Source of the DNA: Macrostomum lignano
Taxonomy: Eukaryota
Assembly (NCBI GenBank): GCA_002269645.1
Contig: NIVC01000106.1
Span: forward strand, 558,001-622,000
DNA length: 64,000 nucleotides
Reading direction: 5' to 3'
Shown: positions 35,095 to 64,000 of the stretch, piece by piece
How positions within the stretch are numbered: position 1 is the stretch's first letter
Layout of the letters: every line of letters starts with the position of its first letter
Program-made: the position numbers and the translations under genes
Notes under the pieces: generated by a model
The model's input: the letters and a program-made list of their open reading frames with translations, nothing else
The model's database searches: none
Told to the model about the DNA's origin: nothing

Positions 35095-35595
35095 TGTCTA
35101 ACATGTGACACTCCCGTCTAACAGGTGACACTCCCGTCTAACAGTTGACACTCCTGTCTAACAGTTGACACTCCTGTCTAACAGGTGACATTCCTGTCTA
35201 ACAGGTGACACCCCTGTCTAACAGGTGACACTCCTGTCTAACAGTTGACCCTCCTGTCTAACAGGTGACATTATCCTGTCTGACAGGTGACACTCCTATC
35301 TAACAGGTGACACTCCTGTCTAACAGGTGACATTATCCTGTCTGACAGGTGACACTCCTATCTAACAGGTGACACTCCTGTCTAACAGGTGACATTATCC
35401 TGTCTAACAGGTGACACCCCTGTCTAACAGGTGACATTCCTGTCTAACAGGTGATATTCCTGTCTGACAGGTGACACTCCTGTCTAACAGGTGACACTCA
35501 TGTCTAACAGGTGACACTCCTGCCTAAAAGGTTAAATTCCTGTCTAACAGGTGACACTCCTGTCTAACAGGTAACATTCCTGTCTTAAGGTGACC
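35095..35595. repeat. 20-bp tandem repeat with CAGGTG E2-boxes
   Basis: TCTAACAGGTGACACTCCTG units. Confidence 0.93.
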
Positions 35596-36546
35596 TATGC
35601 AACTTTCACCCTAACTATCTCCCTAACTAACTAACTAACACCCAATTATTTCTATATATGTGCACGATTTTAAGACACCCATATATACCCGTAGCATGCT
35701 ATAGTACAATATTCGATAACAAATTATGGTTTATCAGAGGCCTTCGTCACAAGTTTGCATATCATCGCCGTACTGCAGTTGACTATCAGATCTTAGATAA
35801 TACGAACTGCACATTAAACTGCGCATTTCTATAGACGCTGCACGTTAAGGTACGGACGGTGAAATTAAACAATTTAGTAGTTTATTAAACCGTAGTGCAT
35901 GCATACTATTAATATTAGTAATCATAGTCCGAGCTATTTGTTTTTTTGAGTCTGAACAATTGCTTGTACTGTATAGTATTTTATAAAAAATCCTCCATAT
36001 CTTTCTCTCCCTTTTCTTTCTTATTTCACGTCTAGAAGGCAAAAACGGTTCCAATAGCAGTTGCCGCCCACCCCACCCCAGCCTGCAGCTGATTCGTCAT
36101 CTATCTCTGGCAGACTCTCTCCAGCGCACGGGTTGAGGGTTTGCCTAAGAGGGTTCGGTCTGACTGCATGGCACCCCTTCTTGCGCTGCTTGTGCCTGAC
36201 GAACAGTCCAAGACTAAGAAAGGAGAGAGACGCAGTTGTTATATAAAACGCTTCGCCTAACACTGTTTGTGCCATTCTGTTGTTACAGCAAGCAAGCAGT
36301 CTTGTTCGGTCCTCGAATAACTCGGTCTCAACTTGGAAGTACGGTTGGAGTACAGACGGGGGCTCGGCTGGGACAGTACTTGAAAAGTGAACTGACATTT
36401 ATTTAGGTCTGTCTCTACTACATCTGGACGACTGGTCTGTTGACAGTTCTTGACAGCTGTTAAGCCAACTAGAATTTTAAGACGACAGATTCTTGTTACG
36501 AAAGGCTTGAAGAAGTAGAAAATTACAGTGCTGCAAGCAACACAAC

Positions 36547-58899
<22,353 letters not shown>

Positions 58900-59439
58900 A
58901 GCGGGCAAGCGGTTTACTTTACTGGAAGCAGTTCCAAGCAGCAGCATGACTGGCAGACTGACAGGAGATGAAACCATTTCAATCTATATTTGACCTCGTA
59001 TTATTTTGTTGAATTTGCCAAGGACCTCTGTGGTATAACTGGACGTAAAGCTCAAAGATGCTGTTAATGATTTGAATTTGATCTGGGGCAGTAAATGTGA
59101 TAACCATTCCTTTAATTTAGCGTGAACAGCGTGTTACCAGTACTAGAATGCAATCGTTGGTTTTGTGATAGGAAAGAAAAATTAAAAAATTAAAAGACTA
59201 ATGGGAAAAAATCTCATACAGTGGTCCTTAGTAATTGTGTCGTTAAATTGTAAACACACAGAACTGCACTTTGCCCGCAAAACTTAGTCACTTTTTTATT
59301 ATTGACATTATTGCATCATGCTTTTTCCTGCTATTATTGAGTACTGCTTTTGCTTTTGTTTGTATTGAAAACAACTTGCTTCATTTACATTAAACAAGCG
59401 CCATTAGTAGGGATGTTTTCTTAAGTTTGGAGACTCAGT

Positions 59440-59990
59440 GTACCTGTTTGATTGTACCTGTGTTTGATTGTAATCAAAATTTTGATTGGAGTTTTACCTG
59501 TTTACCTGTTAGAATGTTACCTGTTTGATTGGAATGTCAACTGTTTGATTGGAACGTTTCCTGTGTGATTGGAATGTCAACTGCTTGATTGGAATGTTTA
59601 TCTGTTTGATTGGAATGTTTATCTGTTTGATTGGAATGTTTATCTGTTTGATTGGAATGTTTATCTTTATCTGTTTGATTGGAATGTCAACTGCTTGATT
59701 GGAATGTTTATCTGTTTGATTGGAATGTTTATATGTTTGATTGGAATGTTTATATGTTTGATTGGAATGTTTATATGTTTGATTGGAATGTTTATATGTT
59801 TGATTGGAATGTTTATCTGTTTGATTGGAATGTCGCCTGTTTGATTGGAATGTTTGTCTGTTTGATTGGAATGTTTATATGTTTGATTGGAATGTTTGTC
59901 TGTTTGATTGGAATGTTTATCTGCTTGATTGGAATGTCACCTGTTTGATTGGAATGTCACCTGTTAGATTGGAAAGTTTATCTGATTGAC
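59440..59990. repeat. 21-bp GTTTGATTGGAATGTTTATCT repeat
   Basis: Direct reading. Confidence 0.92.
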
Positions 59991-60499
59991 TGCAGGAATG
60001 TTACATCTATTCGGTGGTAACAGGTCGCTAAGGAATGCTTTTTAATCTTCATCGCAAAACGTTTAATCCCTGATAATATGAATCTCTGTTTTTGTAGAAT
60101 AATTTTTCACTTTCCATCAGCTACTACTCACACTCTCAGTAGTTGATTCAGAATCGATAACATGCCCATCGCTATTAATCTTACGGATATTTAAACTGCG
60201 GTGATTGTCTACCTCATGGCTTCGATCGCTCCAAGAATTAAAAATTTAGTTTTATGCAAAAACCGAATAAATATTATTCCCATTTTATAAACTTTTCTTT
60301 GTTTTAAATTTTTACGAGCGTATCCTCATTAAATTAAGGATTATCGATCTGGGCCCGAGCATATTCACTGTTTCATAGAAACTTTTTGTTTGAAATATAT
60401 TGCTATACAAAATGCAATCGCGCAACTTGCGCTCTAAGTTTGGCTCTATTCTGGGCATAAGAGTTGATAACTAAAAAAATATTATGCGATAAACATCTT

Positions 60500-60785
60500 T
60501 ACACCAAAACCACAATACCCTGTACCGAAACCACAATACCCTGTACCGTAACCACAATACCCTGTACCGAAACCACAATACCCTGTACCGAAACCACAAT
60601 ACCCTGTACCGAAACCACAATACCCTGTACCAAAAGCACAATACCCTGTACCGAAACCACAATACCCTGTACCGTAACCACAATACCCTGTACCGTAACC
60701 ACAATACCCTGTACCGTAACCACAATACCCTGTACCGTAACCACAATACCCTGTACCGAAACCACAATACTAATGTACCAAAACC
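60500..60785. repeat. 21-bp ACCACAATACCCTGTACCG(A/T)A repeat
   Basis: Direct reading. Confidence 0.93.
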
Positions 60786-60861
60786 AAAATGCACCATATA
60801 AAAAAACACAAAATCCCCCATTATTTTAAGCAGCTGCAAAATTATACTCTCAAGTACTCAC

Positions 60862-61246
60862 AAATCTTGAAATCCTGAGCCAAATTTGCAGACTCTTCAG
60901 AGCAGGAGCAGCAGCGGGCATGATTTGGATTGTCAGTCTGCTCACCGCTACTTCTGGCCCAGCTGGTTGCTGAAGCCGCGGCAACTGCGGCCGCGGCGGC
61001 TGCAGCGGCACTGCAGATCAATCCGTGCTGCTGTGACTCGCTACTGAAGGTAGCCGCTGAACAGGGGTAGCCAGTGCTGGCACAGGTAGACATAGGGAAC
61101 AAAGGACACTGTCGACAAATGGCTTGAAGCGTTGAAGAAAACTTCATCGATTTGGCTGGGTTTGAATCAGCGTGAGACATGGCGCTGTTGGGGCTTTTGA
61201 ACTGTCTCGATTGGCTTGAAGTCACGACGCTGTTGGCGTTAATTGA
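60862..61246 (-). CDS. Possible coding exon of an unidentified gene (Cys- and poly-Ala-containing)
   Basis: Open frame SINANSVVTSSQ...MSHADSNP...CRQC...[14 protein letters not shown]...CCSC...DFKI between a TAG acceptor (~61247) and a strong GTGAGT donor at 60861; no recognisable domain. Confidence 0.35.
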
Positions 61247-61369
61247 CTATCTTATTTGTTTATTTGTGGCTCAGTTACCTGCAGGATATGTAAATGTGGA
61301 TTCAATATATGTGGTGAAGACCAGACAAGAAGAGTCTGGTAAGAGAGGGGAAAATGGTGAAAGTGAGGA

Positions 61370-62030
61370 AAAAAGGTGGGAGTGGGAACGAGAGGGTGGG
61401 AGGGGAACGAGAGGGTGGGAGGGGGAACGAGAGGGTGGGAGGGGGAACGAGAGGGTGGGAGGGGGAACGAGAGGGTGGGAGGGGGAACGAGAGGGTAGGA
61501 GGGGGAACGAGAGGGTGGGAGGGGGAACGAGAGGGTGGGAGGGGGAACGAGAGGGTGGGAGGGGGAACGAGAGGGTGGGAGGGGAACGAGAGGGTGGGAG
61601 GGGGAACGAGAGGGTGGGAGGGGGAACGAGAGGACGAGAGAGAGGAAGGAGGGGTGGGAGTGGGGAGGAGAGGGTGAGAAATTGGATGGAGAGGGTGAGA
61701 TATCCCGGAGAGGGTGAGAGAGGGGGATGAGGGGGTGAGGGGAAGGAGATGAGAAAAGGGGAAAGAGAGGGTGAAAGAGGGGATGGAGAGGGTGAGAGAG
61801 AGAGGAAGGAGAGGGTGGGAGGGGGAAGGAGAGGGTGAGAGAGGGGAAGGAGAGGAGAATGAGAGGAGAAGAGGGGAAGGAGAGGGTTAGAGAGGGGAAG
61901 GAGAGGAGAATGAGAGGAGAAGAAGGGAAGGAGAGGGTGAGAGAGGGGAAGGAGAGAAGAGGGGAAAGAGAGGCTGAGAGAGGGGAATGAGAAGGGGAAA
62001 CGGGGGGTGAGAGAGGGCTAATCAGGGGTG
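61370..62030. repeat. Polypurine GGGAACGAGAGGGTGGGAG repeat
   Basis: Direct reading. Confidence 0.92.
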
Positions 62031-62699
62031 AGAGGCGGGCTGTTATAGCCACATAAACACTCAATCGTATCTGTAAGCACAGCTCACCCTCAGTCTTCAG
62101 TGCGTGTCTCAAAGAAACAGAAGACAGTCTTAGCAAAAGAGTTTCCTTGCAGTTTTCCCGGAGTCTTCACCGTAAGTCCCAGCATTTTATAGCCGCGGTC
62201 GTGGTGAGTGGAATTGAAAAATCAATGAAATCATCGCCTAAAACGCGATTGGCCCCAAAATTTGATGGCCCGTCATCTCAAGGAATGATTGCTCTTTGAA
62301 TGAAAGATTTCGAAGCAATAAATCTGTCAAAAAGCAGTCCAGTTTTATCAACGCAAGAAATAAATTAAGAAGAAAGTCATTTCTGCTTTCAGCAATCTTT
62401 TTCTGGAACATTTCTTGATTGGTCGCTGTGACTCAACCGTGTTTTGGCTTGCACAATTTTCAAAGCGTGTGCCATAGGACGCATATTTATTGAAATTATG
62501 GTTATTAAAACGATAGAGCGATGAAATTATGGAAGAATATTTTTAAATATTTACTTATATTTACTAGCTACTGCTAGTAAAATATTGCATTTGCAAATAA
62601 ACTCCTTCCACCAACAGGGCAAAACAGATTAATTAAAACTCTTTGACTAGCGGCTCAGAAGTCAAAGTGGGATTGAAAGAGATTAAATGTGAGATTAGG

Positions 62700-63380
62700 G
62701 GTACTGGACAGTGAGATGAAGGGAGAGACTAGAGAGCGAGATAAAGGGAGAGACTAGAGAGGGAGATAAAGGGAGAGACTAGAGAGGGAGATGAAGGGAG
62801 AGACTAGAGAGGGAGATGAAGGGAGAGACTAGAGAGGGAGATGAAGGGAGAGAGTGGAGAGTGAGATGAAGGGAGAGACTAGAGAGGGAGATAAAGGGAG
62901 AGACTAGAGAGTGAGATTAAGGGAGAGAGTGGAGAGTGAGATAAAGGGAGAGACTAGAGAGGGAGATGAAGGGAGAGAATAGAAAGGGAGATGAAGGAAG
63001 AGACTAGAGAGGGAGATGAAGGGAGAGACTAGAGAGTGCAGTGAAGGGAGAGACTAGAGAGTGCAATGAAGGGAGAGACTATAGAGTGAGATGAAGGGAG
63101 AGACTAGAGAGGGAGATAAAGGGAGAGACTAGAGAGGGAGATGAAGAGAGAGACTAGAGAGGGAGATGAAGAGAGAGACTAGAGAGGGAGATGAAGGGAG
63201 AGACTAGAGAGGGAGATGAAGGGAGAGACTAGAGAAGGAGATGAAGGGAGAGACTAGAGAGCGAGATGAAGGGAGAGACTAGAAAGTGAGATGAAGGGAG
63301 AAATTAAAGATTGAGATGAAGGCAGGGTTTAGAGTGGAGAGGTGAGACTGAGATGAGACATGAGATGAGAGAGAGAGAGA
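62700..63380. repeat. 25-bp purine-rich AGAGAGGGAGATGAAGGGAGAGACT repeat
   Basis: Direct reading. Confidence 0.93.
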
Positions 63381-64000
63381 CAGCACTAGAATATTAGGAC
63401 ACGTACCCAATAACAAGCTCTCGTCAAAAAATATTCAGAACCCAAACACCACTAGTAAAGACTAGACAGAAAAGCAATTAAACTGACAGAAACACACAGA
63501 AAAGCTGCAATTCACCAGGAGAAAAACAGTGAACAAAGAAAATTTCAACCAGCTTGTTCTTGTAAAACATTTAAAATCGAATGACTGCCTTAAAAACTTT
63601 AATCTCAATTTTAATCTACTGGAAAGCTGACGATGCTAAACAAAAATCATTAATTTCGTATTGGAAAAAGAGTAAAAGTTTAAAGCAAACAAAAAGAAGT
63701 TCTGAAACACACCAAGAGCAAGAAATACTGACTGAAAGAAAAACAAGCAACAAAACAGTTGAACCACAGGACAATCTAGGGGAAAGGCATTGATTAGAAC
63801 AGTGTTAATTAAAGTGGATTATATCGGCACCAAGAGTCAGAAATCAGGTTCTATGAGAGGTTCGGCCATAGACATTCTGTCCTCAGCCTCAAGACAGGGG
63901 GTCGAGACTCTATATTATAAAACAATCAAACAGGATCTTCTGAAGTATAGTAAAGCACAAAATAAATATATAAATAATTAATAGGAACACACCGACACCC

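Overview
Eukaryotic (metazoan) genomic DNA with GT-AG introns, most of them filled with short-unit tandem repeats. The gene set, polyQ tracts and satellite-filled introns are consistent with a free-living flatworm such as Macrostomum (inference, not verifiable here). Most long ORFs in the supplied track are repeat artefacts. Genes reconstructed by hand from splice sites and phase continuity: the terminal C2 exon of a long intersectin (+, 7105-7538); an intact 6-exon Mx-type dynamin GTPase (-, 18694-12751, 692 aa) with an atypical TCPD G4 motif; a single-exon, TATA-containing secreted 6-Cys peptide ending in six tryptophans (-, 22110-21910); a 4-exon orphan gene with a CxxC-rich C-terminus (+, 24641-28043); RMDN1 (+, 29071-31543, 5 exons); an Xlox/Pdx-like homeobox exon (-, 34876-33741); and an 18-exon NELL gene (+, 36547-58899, 982 aa) with a Ser/Thr-rich acidic C-terminal extension. 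There are two tRNA-derived SINE families, a foldback element upstream of Mx and about 35 tandem arrays. The most interesting observations are the W6-tailed peptide, the inverted satellite pair clamping one in-frame-skippable NELL EGF exon, the Mx G4 variant, the Xlox-like homeodomain, and one satellite family bracketing both Mx and the peptide gene as direct repeats.
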